Source of the DNA: Candidatus Bathyarchaeum tardum
Lineage (GTDB): Archaea > Thermoproteota > Bathyarchaeia > Bathyarchaeales > Bathyarchaeaceae
Assembly: GCA_024650005.2 (NCBI GenBank)
Contig: CP122380.1
Coordinates: forward strand, 800,001 to 864,000
Direction of reading: 5' to 3'
DNA: 64,000 nucleotides
Positions 38,326-47,766 of the stretch are shown piece by piece. Below the pieces are notes generated by a model. That model was not told where the DNA came from. It was given only the letters and a program-made list of their open reading frames with translations, and ran no database searches. The position numbers and the translations under genes were made by a program. Position 1 is the stretch's first letter. Every line of letters begins with the position of its first letter.

Positions 38326-38634
38326 ATTATCACCAATAGGTAATACAAAATAGCAGAATAATAAGTTTACCATATTTTCTTACCTTCCATTACGCTTTTT
38401 TTCATCAAAATACAGTCATTAAAAAGTAAGCTGCCCGGCTTTGATTCTACCTAGTCGATTCAATCCCAGTTTTCATAGATAGCTGATTTTGGATGCAAAT
38501 CTGGTTATGTTTTTTAACCCTAGCTTAGCTTCAAGAGCCAAGTTCTTGTCATGCGAGGAATCGACAATAATAGAGCTTTCTTTTCGCGATTTTTGTTGTT
38601 TATGAATTGATGCTGTTATTGTTTGGCCAGAGTT

Positions 38635-39015
38635 TTATGTTTTCAGTTTAACTGCAGAGGGTTTTTTGTGGATAACTTGTATGATGTTTAGATGTTCCAG
38701 TAAGGGTACTACGTAGCTGCCTTGGGATGATCGTTTGTTGGTTGCTGAGTTTTCGCGCAGGTATCTTTCCAAAGTTCCTTTGCGTATTTTTTTTAGGGCA
38801 TAATGTCGGGCTCCGATTTTGACCCAGCCTTTGTTTTTAAGAAAATTTGGTACTCCGTTCAAGGATTCTTTTGTAACTGTGATTTTTGTTTTTTTTACCA
38901 TGAAAATGATTTGTTCAGGTTGTTTGTGTAAAAGTTTGAACGGTTTATATCTAACCGGAGTATACAAAATTAGTCCTTCAGGAGCTTCTGTTAGTATTTT
39001 ATCAAATACTGACAA
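38635..39015 (-). CDS. Hypothetical basic protein
   Basis: 126-aa ORF; only its 3' end survives at 24040-24090. Confidence 0.65.
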   Translation of the reverse strand: MSVFDKILTEAPEGLILYTPVRYKPFKLLHKQPEQIIFMVKKTKITVTKESLNGVPNFLKNKGWVKIGARHYALKKIRKGTLERYLRENSATNKRSSQGSYVVPLLEHLNIIQVIHKKPSAVKLKT

Positions 39016-39204
39016 TTAGGTCACAAATATTGTGTTTGCTTTCATATATTTGAAATTTTCGTTAATTAATTGTTAATTGTTATGGTGTTTGTGAAAAAAT
39101 TCATAGAATTTGATGTTTTGTATCGGTGCTACTTTATAGTTTTAAGAAATGGAATGTTATGTAGTTATTGATGAAAACTAGATGTATGTTTAACTGATCT
39201 AAAG

Positions 39205-39732
39205 TTATTTCACAACTTCTCTAAGGCTATACAGTTCCTTTTCTGAAGCATTAGCATAAACGGTGAAACTATACATGATTACTGTTCCTTTCAGATCCGG
39301 GTTTAGGTCGTTAGTTAAAATAAAGTAAGCAGCCTTAACGTTATGTTCAGTTGAAAAACTTGTTGCAGATCTAAAGATCGCATGTAAATATGTTGAATCT
39401 TCTAAAAGTTCATCTAAAAATTGTCTATTTTCTGAGCTTTCAATAACCCAACTGGCTCTGTTCAGAATGTCCGTGATTTTAACAACCAAAGGATCCAAAC
39501 TATTGCTCGTATGATGAATCAGTGAACCATTATAATAAAATTGAAAAATAGCAAGTGAAGAAACAGGCTCTTCCGGAAAAGGTTTTTTGTCTTCAATAAA
39601 TGCATTAACATCATTAACCCATTCTGTATCTTTTTCTCCAAATCTAAAAAATTGAACAACAATTATCACAGATAATGCAACAAGAATAATCAAAATAAAA
39701 ACAATTTTTTTTCTTCTTAACAAATTTATCAA
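39205..39732 (-). CDS. Hypothetical protein with N-terminal TM anchor
   Basis: RRKK followed by a hydrophobic helix. Confidence 0.65.
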   Translation of the reverse strand: MINLLRRKKIVFILIILVALSVIIVVQFFRFGEKDTEWVNDVNAFIEDKKPFPEEPVSSLAIFQFYYNGSLIHHTSNSLDPLVVKITDILNRASWVIESSENRQFLDELLEDSTYLHAIFRSATSFSTEHNVKAAYFILTNDLNPDLKGTVIMYSFTVYANASEKELYSLREVVK

Positions 39733-39810
39733 ATTTAATTATTCTGCGTTTCTTTTCTTACCTTTTTTGGTAACTCAAATCATGAGTTAGATCCATAAGT
39801 AGTTAATTCA

Positions 39811-39995
39811 GAAAAATGTTGAAACAAGAACGGTTTCGAAAAGAGAATAGAAGTAGTCGTCTTTTTTTTACAGAATTCTGGACGACTACTACTTCTTTAA
39901 AGAATGCATTAAAACGTGTTTGTTGGTTGAACACAATTATGTAATAATGATAGTTTTGTTGTTGTTGGGGGTAGGGGGGTCAACAACAACAAATC
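39811..39995 (+). repeat. Array repeat element, last copy
   Basis: AGTAGTCGTC 39852-39861 / GACGACTACT 39881-39890; GTTGTTGTTG-GGGGTAGGGGGGT-CAACAACAAC 39958-39990. Confidence 0.95.
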
Positions 39996-40073
39996 TTTTT
40001 GAGGGAAAAAGTGTTTGAAGGATAATTCAATTATGGTGATTTGTTGTTAGTTTCTAATTGAGGTTCACAAAGG

Positions 40074-41091
40074 ATGTCAATTGGTTTTGGTAAAGTTTTG
40101 GTTACCGGCGGTGCAGGTTTTATTGGAAGTCACATAGTTGACAGGTTAATTGAGGAAGGGGTTAAAGTAAGGGTCTTGGATGACCTTTCAAAGGGATGTA
40201 AATCAAACCTTAGTCAACATGAAAACAACCCGGATTTTGACGTCATCAAAGGAGGCGTCAGAAATCTTGATGCTGTAAAAAAGCTGTTAAAGACATCAAT
40301 GCGGTAATCCATGAAGCAGAACTGGTAAGCATCATCAAATCAATTGAAGACCCATTGCTTTCAAACAGCATAAACGTTGTAGGAACCCTGAATCTGCTCA
40401 AAGCATGTGCAGAATCAAAAGTGAAACGGTTTGTCTTTGCTTCTTCATGTGCAGTGTACGGTAACACAAACGATTTACTTATCAAAGAAGATGTTTTACA
40501 TAAGCCTCTTTCACCCTATGCTACAGACAAATTAGCCGCAGAAAACTATGTCAAAGTTTTTAATGATATGACAGAACTTGAAACGGTAACTTTACGTTAC
40601 TTCAACGTTTATGACCCCAAACAAAGATATGGACAATACAGTGGAATAATTTCGATTTTTATTAACAGTTTGTTGGAAAATAAATCACCTGTAATTTATG
40701 GAGACGGACAACAAACAAGAGATTTTTGTTAATATAAAAGACGTAGCTGAAGCAAATATAAGTACATTATCAAAAACGAAGTATTTCAGGTGAGGTTTTC
40801 AATGTTTGTACCGGCGAAGCGTTATTCATTAACAAAATTTCTAGAACCATCCAAAGTATTTTGGAAAAAACGTCTATTGAACCGGTTTACAAAAAACGTA
40901 GACAAGGAGACATTAAACACAGTTTTGGAGATAATTCTAAAAATAAAGAATTGTTGCGGTTTGAACCTGAAGTTAAGATAGAAACCGGACTAAACAAACT
41001 CATAAAACTGAGGAAGTTAAAATCAGGAAAGTTGGTTTTTTTAGAAGAAAGGTTGAATCTCCAACAGATTAAACAATTCATGCTTTTATAA
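40074..41091 (+). pseudogene. Full-length but multiply frameshifted NAD-dependent epimerase
   Basis: ORFs 40074-40307, 40355-40732 and 40861-41091 are consecutive pieces matching 15198-16139. Confidence 0.9.
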
Positions 41092-41320
41092 AAAACCTTT
41101 GAAAAAGATGTTTCCAAAAAAAAACAAGACATTACAAAATTAGAATCTACATGCCTTGCCCTAATCATTCCAAGATAATACGTAATTGCTACCGCTAATT
41201 CAACATAAGCAAAAACAAAAGAAGAAATGTTTTTAATAAATCATTGTTGAGTGAGTTTTGGAAGTTATCGTTTGCATAAACAGAAATAACTATCGATTAA
41301 ATCAATATATGCTAATCAAG

Positions 41321-42190
41321 TCATGAAGAAAAGAGACAAAGATCATTTCTCAAAAAATGTATGGTGTACAAATGGCCCGTTGGGTTATGATATTCTTTAC
41401 GAATAGTGAAGCCGCATTCTTGAAATTTGTTTACGATTACATCTCGAAGGGCGTCTGAGTGAATTTCAATCATAAATAAACTGATTAGTCTAAGAACATC
41501 AACAGGAACAGAAACAAGACACTCTTCAGCACCTTCGCAATCAAACTTTGCTATGTCAGCATGGCTCTCTTTAATGACATTTGATACCGCTTTTAGTTTA
41601 AGCGATATCATCTTGTTCCCGACTTTGTTATGTAAACCAAAACCACCCAAATTGGCATTGTCGTCATCAAATGGCACAATCGTTTCTCCATCAACTAAAT
41701 CGATACCCGCTTTATGAACCTCAGCATTAACATGGTTCAAATCAATATTCTTGCGGATGAACTCATGATGCATCAGCACAGGCTCATAAAGCACCACTTT
41801 CTTAGCCCCCTTGCTTGCAAAATAACAGGCAGTATCACCAATGAAAGCACCAACATCTAAAACCGTTTTATCTGAAAAATCAGCATCATATTCTCCATTC
41901 TTAAGTTCAGTTATCAGGAACATGGACAAAGCAAGCATTTTCGGAGAAACGAGTAGTCTGTAATTATTCAAATCAATCATCCAATTTCCATCAGCAGTAG
42001 CTACAAGCCTGCCTTCTTTCAGCCATGAATAATGGTCACGTAGTGCCATAAATTGGTCTAAATCTAATTCACATGTTAAACCATTCTTGAACTTTACTAA
42101 GCAGGTTCCACCTTTAAACGCCATATATAAAACTCTAAAAGGATTCTTTGTTGTCTGAAAAGTTTTAACAAGACCAACGAATGTAACCAT
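41321..42190 (-). CDS. FkbM family methyltransferase
   Basis: VLDVGAFIGD, LYEP, IAKFDCEGAE, MIEIH. Confidence 0.9.
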   Translation of the reverse strand: MVTFVGLVKTFQTTKNPFRVLYMAFKGGTCLVKFKNGLTCELDLDQFMALRDHYSWLKEGRLVATADGNWMIDLNNYRLLVSPKMLALSMFLITELKNGEYDADFSDKTVLDVGAFIGDTACYFASKGAKKVVLYEPVLMHHEFIRKNIDLNHVNAEVHKAGIDLVDGETIVPFDDDNANLGGFGLHNKVGNKMISLKLKAVSNVIKESHADIAKFDCEGAEECLVSVPVDVLRLISLFMIEIHSDALRDVIVNKFQECGFTIRKEYHNPTGHLYTIHFLRNDLCLFSS

Positions 42191-42363
42191 ACCGAGCAGC
42201 TCAGGGTAAGCGGTTTATGCATACAAAATTATTTAAAACTTGGTAGAACAAAAGAAAAATTATTTGGGTAACAATAAAACGTAAAGTAAATAGCCTTGCA
42301 ATTTTATGGTCAGGGGCACAAAAAAATAGAGTTTTTGGACTAACCAAAAAAACTCATTAATGG

Positions 42364-43566
42364 TCAAACTGACTCAAATGCCTTGTTTAATATCGTTGTG
42401 AGGGTCTTCCATGAATAATGCTCTTCCACAAACTTTCTTGCGTTGTCACCAAGTCGCTTACGTCTATGACAGTCACAAAGAAGATTTATTACTGCTTCAG
42501 CAAAGCTTTTTTCGCTATCAGCAGTAACTATGACCTCGTCTGTGCAAGACTTAATTCCTTGCATACCAATAGAAGTAGATACAATTGCTTTTCCCATAGC
42601 CATAGCCTCTAATGCTTTAGTTTTTAGGCCACCATCACTAATAATAAATGGCAAAATTACGACTTGTGCTTGGTTTACATAGGGTCTAATATCCGCAACT
42701 TCTCCAGTAACCGATATTGAATGATCTTTTGAAGCTAATCCCAATACGTCATGAGAAGGATTTCGACCTACAATATATAGAGTCACATCAGGTATTTCTT
42801 TCCTTATCAGAGGATACACATTCTTGCAAAAGTGCCTAATTGAGTAAACATTAAATGGATAACTCATGTCCCCAAAGAATACAATAATATTGGAATTTGT
42901 ATCATCACCAGATGGATTGAAATAATCGATGTCCACGCCTGGAGGAATAATAAATTTTTTTTTAGGAGTGAATGGCTCTGACAGCTCCTTATGGATTGTA
43001 GTCACATAGATTCCGGCATCAAATCTCTTAAATCGTGGTGCTTCAAATAACTTAAACATACTATATTGAAATAATTTCTGCATTTTTCTAATTGAAATAG
43101 TCTCATTCAAGTAAAGTTGATGTAACCAAAATAGAGTGGGACTGGGAAAATCCAAAACAACAGGTATTTTGATGTTCAAGTTATAAATATAAGGGCGCAT
43201 TAAATAATCGGCGTATATAACATCAAACTGCTCAGTCTCTAATATACCCAGAATTTTTTCTCTCATTTTTGGGACATAATTATGGAAAATATTAAAATCT
43301 TTAGATAAGAAGAGATTTTGATATGTTAGTTTATTCTTTAATGACAAAGCATATTCAAGCTTGGTTTTTTTAACTTCTATGGTCTCAAACCGTAACAGAT
43401 TGTTAGTAACACAACCATTTTCTAGGGTTTTATTATTTGAAAAAAACACGAAGGCAATTTCATGATCAGAATGTTTGTGGAGAAAAAAAGGTCTTGCTAA
43501 AGAAGGGTGCATAGGAGAAGGAAAACCTCTCCAAATAATCAGTAATTTCAATTTTGCCTCAACCAA
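42364..43566 (-). CDS. Glycosyltransferase family 4
   Basis: IPPGVDIDYF, KALEAMAMGKAIVST. Confidence 0.9.
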   Translation of the reverse strand: MVEAKLKLLIIWRGFPSPMHPSLARPFFLHKHSDHEIAFVFFSNNKTLENGCVTNNLLRFETIEVKKTKLEYALSLKNKLTYQNLFLSKDFNIFHNYVPKMREKILGILETEQFDVIYADYLMRPYIYNLNIKIPVVLDFPSPTLFWLHQLYLNETISIRKMQKLFQYSMFKLFEAPRFKRFDAGIYVTTIHKELSEPFTPKKKFIIPPGVDIDYFNPSGDDTNSNIIVFFGDMSYPFNVYSIRHFCKNVYPLIRKEIPDVTLYIVGRNPSHDVLGLASKDHSISVTGEVADIRPYVNQAQVVILPFIISDGGLKTKALEAMAMGKAIVSTSIGMQGIKSCTDEVIVTADSEKSFAEAVINLLCDCHRRKRLGDNARKFVEEHYSWKTLTTILNKAFESV

Positions 43567-43599
43567 GGATAATCTTTAAACTTAATCTGTGCATAGTAG

Positions 43600-44175
43600 T
43601 GTTCATCATTCTGAAATATAAAGAGAAGGACATAATTAGCAATTCAAAATGCTCCAGATAACAGAATTTTTTACTGAATCGTACAATAATTATATGCCTT
43701 AAAATAAGGTCTCAATCTAGTGAGGAACGTATAAACGATAACAAGAATGTAAAAAACTTATTCACTAGAATAAACTCCCATCTGCAGGTACAAGAATATT
43801 ACAGATATTAGAAAGAAAAGTATCCGCATTCTCAAGATTTTCAATAACTTCAAAAGATAGTATTGCTCCAAATGAAGTAAAATAGAAAGCCATGGAAAGA
43901 ATATCGGCTAAAATCAATTCGTTAATTTTAGAAGACAAGAGAGATTGTCGAGAACAATCGAAACCAATAACATCAATACACTGTCCTCTAAATCAACCTG
44001 TACCGTACCCTTCACTACAACCAGAATCAAGTGCTTTTCTAGTAGCAATCTTTTGATAATCCCAAATGTAACGAGATGCGTGATCCCCTAGATTATGAAG
44101 AAAAATCGTTTCTGAACATATCCTTTCAATCATTTGCAAATGGTTCAATTCTAGAAAGGAATTGTCATTTTCCAA
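43600..44175 (-). pseudogene. Class I methyltransferase pseudogene
   Basis: ALDSGCSEGYGTG*, then in frame VIGFDCS...SFEVIENLEN...ILVPADG and a further stop; 3' boundary approximate. Confidence 0.75.
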
Positions 44176-44290
44176 AAAATAAGCTAAATTTCAGATGCTT
44201 GAAAATTTTACTTAATGTATAAGCACGCATACAGATCGTTTCAATAATTTACATATGTAATATGAGGTTCTATAGTGAAAGTAATTTCCT

Positions 44291-45457
44291 TCACCAATCA
44301 TTGGAAGAGACATACAATGCAAAGTCTCGGAAGTCTTTTACATGGTTGAAAGGAAAAGATAACAATTTATCTGATATTAAGAAGCTTTTCTGAACATTCT
44401 CTTCGGGAAGGTATCCATGTAAACCTTTCAGGGTGCCAAAGGGAGAAAAAAAATTTGGGAAAAAGGTTCCACCAGGTTTTAGTACATAAATTATTTTGCC
44501 ATACCTATTATCAGAGAAATTTAGGTGGTAATGCTCTCGACGGTTTTCATCTATTATGGTTCCTAGTCTACGCATTTTAACTGTTCCCAAAATCTCCAGA
44601 ATTTTTTCCTTTGCAATAGAATTTTCGTACCAGAAAAACGCTAATGTAGCATCCACAAAACAGCCATAGTCTTTTCCCAGCTTAAGACCATTCTTATGAA
44701 ACTCAGTTAAGATATCACATGTGAATCGCTGTTCACATTGACCATGATCAGAGAAAAATAAACACAAAAAATTGTGTCCGAAACGCTTTTTTAGTTTCTG
44801 ATATACCGTAAACAAAACATGGTCTAGGGACTTGGCATAACGCACACATGATACGGAATATGGACCAAACCGATGCCCTAGAAAGTCCAATTTGTCATCG
44901 TAAGCAAGTATGAACCGTGTATCTTGATTTGAAGATTTAATATCTCTAATTAGTTGACTGTAAATTTGGTTCCTAATCGCAGGCGGACCAACATAGTTGA
45001 ACGACATCCCATTCTTTTCCATTGATTTACTGAGTCCTTCAACATAAGGCAACTCGCACATGTAGTAATATGGGTACAGAGCCAATTTATCGATAATCGA
45101 AATGGGTATATTGTTTGACTGAACACCTTTCTTTAACATAAACCGCCTAAATTGCCTCAAGGCCAAATAGCGAAATTTGGGCAACTTATCAAGTATTAAA
45201 AAAGGTTTGACTTTTCTGAGCGTACTAAAGAGTAGCGGCGAATTTTCAGGAGAATAAAAACAAGGTATCCAATTGTTAGTCTCGCATGGATATTTACCAC
45301 TTAACATGCAAGACTGAATCGCGTAAGAGTAGCCCAACACGTTTTCGACTGGGCGGAAATTTTTTTTAGCGAGTTCGCTAAGAAAAGGCATTATAGAAGG
45401 CGTGAGAAAACTAGAGTTGAGCGCATCCAAATAAAAGAACAAGAGTAGCTTTTTCAA
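44291..45457 (-). CDS. Alkaline phosphatase superfamily (NPP-like) protein
   Basis: YLDAL, DFLGHRFGP, FSDHGQ, GLHGY metal ligands. Confidence 0.85.
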   Translation of the reverse strand: MKKLLLFFYLDALNSSFLTPSIMPFLSELAKKNFRPVENVLGYSYAIQSCMLSGKYPCETNNWIPCFYSPENSPLLFSTLRKVKPFLILDKLPKFRYLALRQFRRFMLKKGVQSNNIPISIIDKLALYPYYYMCELPYVEGLSKSMEKNGMSFNYVGPPAIRNQIYSQLIRDIKSSNQDTRFILAYDDKLDFLGHRFGPYSVSCVRYAKSLDHVLFTVYQKLKKRFGHNFLCLFFSDHGQCEQRFTCDILTEFHKNGLKLGKDYGCFVDATLAFFWYENSIAKEKILEILGTVKMRRLGTIIDENRREHYHLNFSDNRYGKIIYVLKPGGTFFPNFFSPFGTLKGLHGYLPEENVQKSFLISDKLLSFPFNHVKDFRDFALYVSSNDW

Positions 45458-45498
45458 TATTATCGCTTCCAGCTAAACGTTATATTTTTCAGGCAATA

Positions 45499-46698
45499 TC
45501 AAAGTTTTATTGATTGCTCGGCAAGTTTCCATAGTGAAAATATTTTTTTTAAAGCTGAGCCGCTCATGTTTATCCATGAAAACTCTTTGTGCAACAGGGG
45601 TGTTGAAAGATTTTGCCCATTAAACAAAATAATAGATACCATATAGTTTAAAATGACTTTAGGTGGTTGTCCCTGAGAAACGAAAGTCCGAAACAGTTCA
45701 GCTCGTTCTTGGTCTTTCCTAATAAATGCAAAAAGGTAAATTAACAAACCAACGATTCGGGAATTTACTGAGATTTTGGATTTTTTTAAGTATTCATTTA
45801 GCAAGTGGGAGAAGGATTTAGGCGAAATGTGCTCATAAACAACATTAAGTTCGAAGTTTTGTCCTCGATGACCTCGAGTCAAGCACATAATTTCATAAAA
45901 TATAATTTTTACGGTTAGTTTTTTTAAGAATTCTTTTTCAAGCTTTATAAGGGCACTTAAACTTGTGCACCTTAAAGAATTCATGATGTTCTCCAATGAA
46001 CCATGAAGTTTGTATTCAGTGAAAAGTTGTAGTAGCCACAGTTCATTTTTGACAAGTAATGGTAATCCATTAGTCAAATGCTTTTTTGCAAATTCAATCC
46101 TTTTTTCATATGTTTCAGCATATATTCCTTGAAAAATCAGCAGTGAATTTAGCAAGGTCAAGGCTCGCTTTGCATACTTATAGCTTTGTTCAATCTCTGA
46201 ATCAGATGTTAACTCAGAAAAAACTAAATCACTAGCCACTGTGAATGCTAGTTCCAGGGAATCTTTTCTGGAGGGTTTAATGTTTTTGTTAAAATGAGGC
46301 GAGTTACCAAGAACACATTTACTGGCCAGGGAAAATTCATACTCGTAAATATTTAGGGTCATGAATGTGAAGGCTGATCTTAAGTTTAAATCGATTGGAA
46401 GAAAATCTACATGCGTAGTTATTCCCTTGTTGACCAAGTTTGTTGTCATTTGATGTGCCATTTTCTGAAACAAAACCTTGTTTTTCAGAAAGTATTGAGA
46501 ATCTAAATACACTACAAAATCAAAGTCACTAGTTACTATACAGGATCCATGCTTAACTACAGTGCCTTCACCGTTTGCGAGGCTACCAGTTAAAAGTATA
46601 CCATGAATCTTTTTGCGCTCAATTTTTTGCATTAAAAAGATTAACACTTCTTTAGCAATTGCCCTCAGAGTTTGATCGGCATGATCGTCTTTTGCCAT
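45499..46698 (-). CDS. Pol-beta-type nucleotidyltransferase domain protein
   Basis: LLTGSLANGEG...SDFDFVV. Confidence 0.75.
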   Translation of the reverse strand: MAKDDHADQTLRAIAKEVLIFLMQKIERKKIHGILLTGSLANGEGTVVKHGSCIVTSDFDFVVYLDSQYFLKNKVLFQKMAHQMTTNLVNKGITTHVDFLPIDLNLRSAFTFMTLNIYEYEFSLASKCVLGNSPHFNKNIKPSRKDSLELAFTVASDLVFSELTSDSEIEQSYKYAKRALTLLNSLLIFQGIYAETYEKRIEFAKKHLTNGLPLLVKNELWLLQLFTEYKLHGSLENIMNSLRCTSLSALIKLEKEFLKKLTVKIIFYEIMCLTRGHRGQNFELNVVYEHISPKSFSHLLNEYLKKSKISVNSRIVGLLIYLFAFIRKDQERAELFRTFVSQGQPPKVILNYMVSIILFNGQNLSTPLLHKEFSWINMSGSALKKIFSLWKLAEQSIKL

Positions 46699-46761
46699 AG
46701 GAAAATCTAAATTAATATCAACGTTAATTGAAATATGCTCCTGCTGAAAACAATAAAAGTG

Positions 46762-47766
46762 TTATTTCGAGGGCTTTTCAGTGTATAGTTGTAAATTAGA
46801 AATCGTGATGGTTCCGTTATCTTCTCCTGTTAATATTATTCCAATTTGGACAATTGAATCATCATCGTCTGGCGGAATCACCTGGTGTAAAGTGTACCAA
46901 TCACCTGTGAGCCAATCTAACTCACTCTGAGAAAGAGTTATGGATTTTACATGATCAAGGTCATATCCACTCCATACACCATCCAGATTATGATCGTAAT
47001 AGAATACCAACATTAATTCCAAATTCTCAACATTAGACCTAATTTGCAATGTTAAGTATTTTTGTTTTGACGAGTTTATTCCCTCGTCAAGGGGAACGTA
47101 AAAACCTAGGCGAGGGCATTGCTTATCAAAGGTAGTCCCATCAACTCCATATTGAACAAAAGCGTCTTGTGGCGAAACAAAAGAGTTGCCCATTGGACCT
47201 GAAAAGTTCATAGTCAGTGTTAATGAATATTGCACCCGTTCATATATCGTTATTTTATTAGACCAATTAGTACTCAATGTAAAAGGAATCACTTTCACTT
47301 CTTTAAGAATAATCATCAATTCATCATTAATTTTTGCATCGTAAAGACGTTTAGCATACGGGTCAACCCAGTCACGAACAACATACTTAACGTTTGGATG
47401 CCCTTCTAGAAAATTAATCAGACAATCACGGACTTCTAACACTTTAGAATCGGGGGTATCTGCCTCAAGAAACACACCAGATGAATTCCATATTGAGGGG
47501 TAACTAATTAAACGATCAGCGAACTCTGGATTAACCACAGAAAAAACTTCAGACATTGGAACTAACGCCATTTCGTTTTCTCCGAGATTGTTAGATAGCC
47601 ACTTTGAAGCCTCGATGAATACACCGGTAGAAATACTTCCATCACTTGAGTAAACGGTTGCGTTTTGCCACATGAAATCGATGTGAAGGAAAAAAGATAT
47701 GGCAATAAAAAGCAAAAATGCTATTCCAATTATATGGAATTTATTTGTTGCGCATAATTTTATCAT
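46762..47766 (-). CDS. Membrane-anchored hypothetical protein (extracellular domain)
   Basis: N-terminal TM; EASKWLSNNL and VKYVV resemble GT-C C-terminal regions. Confidence 0.7.
   Translation of the reverse strand: MIKLCATNKFHIIGIAFLLFIAISFFLHIDFMWQNATVYSSDGSISTGVFIEASKWLSNNLGENEMALVPMSEVFSVVNPEFADRLISYPSIWNSSGVFLEADTPDSKVLEVRDCLINFLEGHPNVKYVVRDWVDPYAKRLYDAKINDELMIILKEVKVIPFTLSTNWSNKITIYERVQYSLTLTMNFSGPMGNSFVSPQDAFVQYGVDGTTFDKQCPRLGFYVPLDEGINSSKQKYLTLQIRSNVENLELMLVFYYDHNLDGVWSGYDLDHVKSITLSQSELDWLTGDWYTLHQVIPPDDDDSIVQIGIILTGEDNGTITISNLQLYTEKPSK

Noticed and set aside
10333-39995. CRISPR array interpretation of the repeats
   Set aside because: Units are long, degenerate and separated by whole genes rather than 30-45 nt spacers; no cas genes.
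18675-39995. Canonical integron attC sites
   Set aside because: The hairpins read GTT...AAC, with no RYYYAAC/GTTRRRY boxes or clear extrahelical bases, and no intI is present. The analogy is organisational only.
9400-41091. IS element, provirus or integrated plasmid
   Set aside because: No transposase, integrase, capsid, replication or conjugation gene, and no tRNA att site or target-site duplication recognised.
43993-43995. Selenocysteine or readthrough at the in-frame TGA (also 35234-35236)
   Set aside because: Both genes carry other lesions or truncations; pseudogenisation is simpler.
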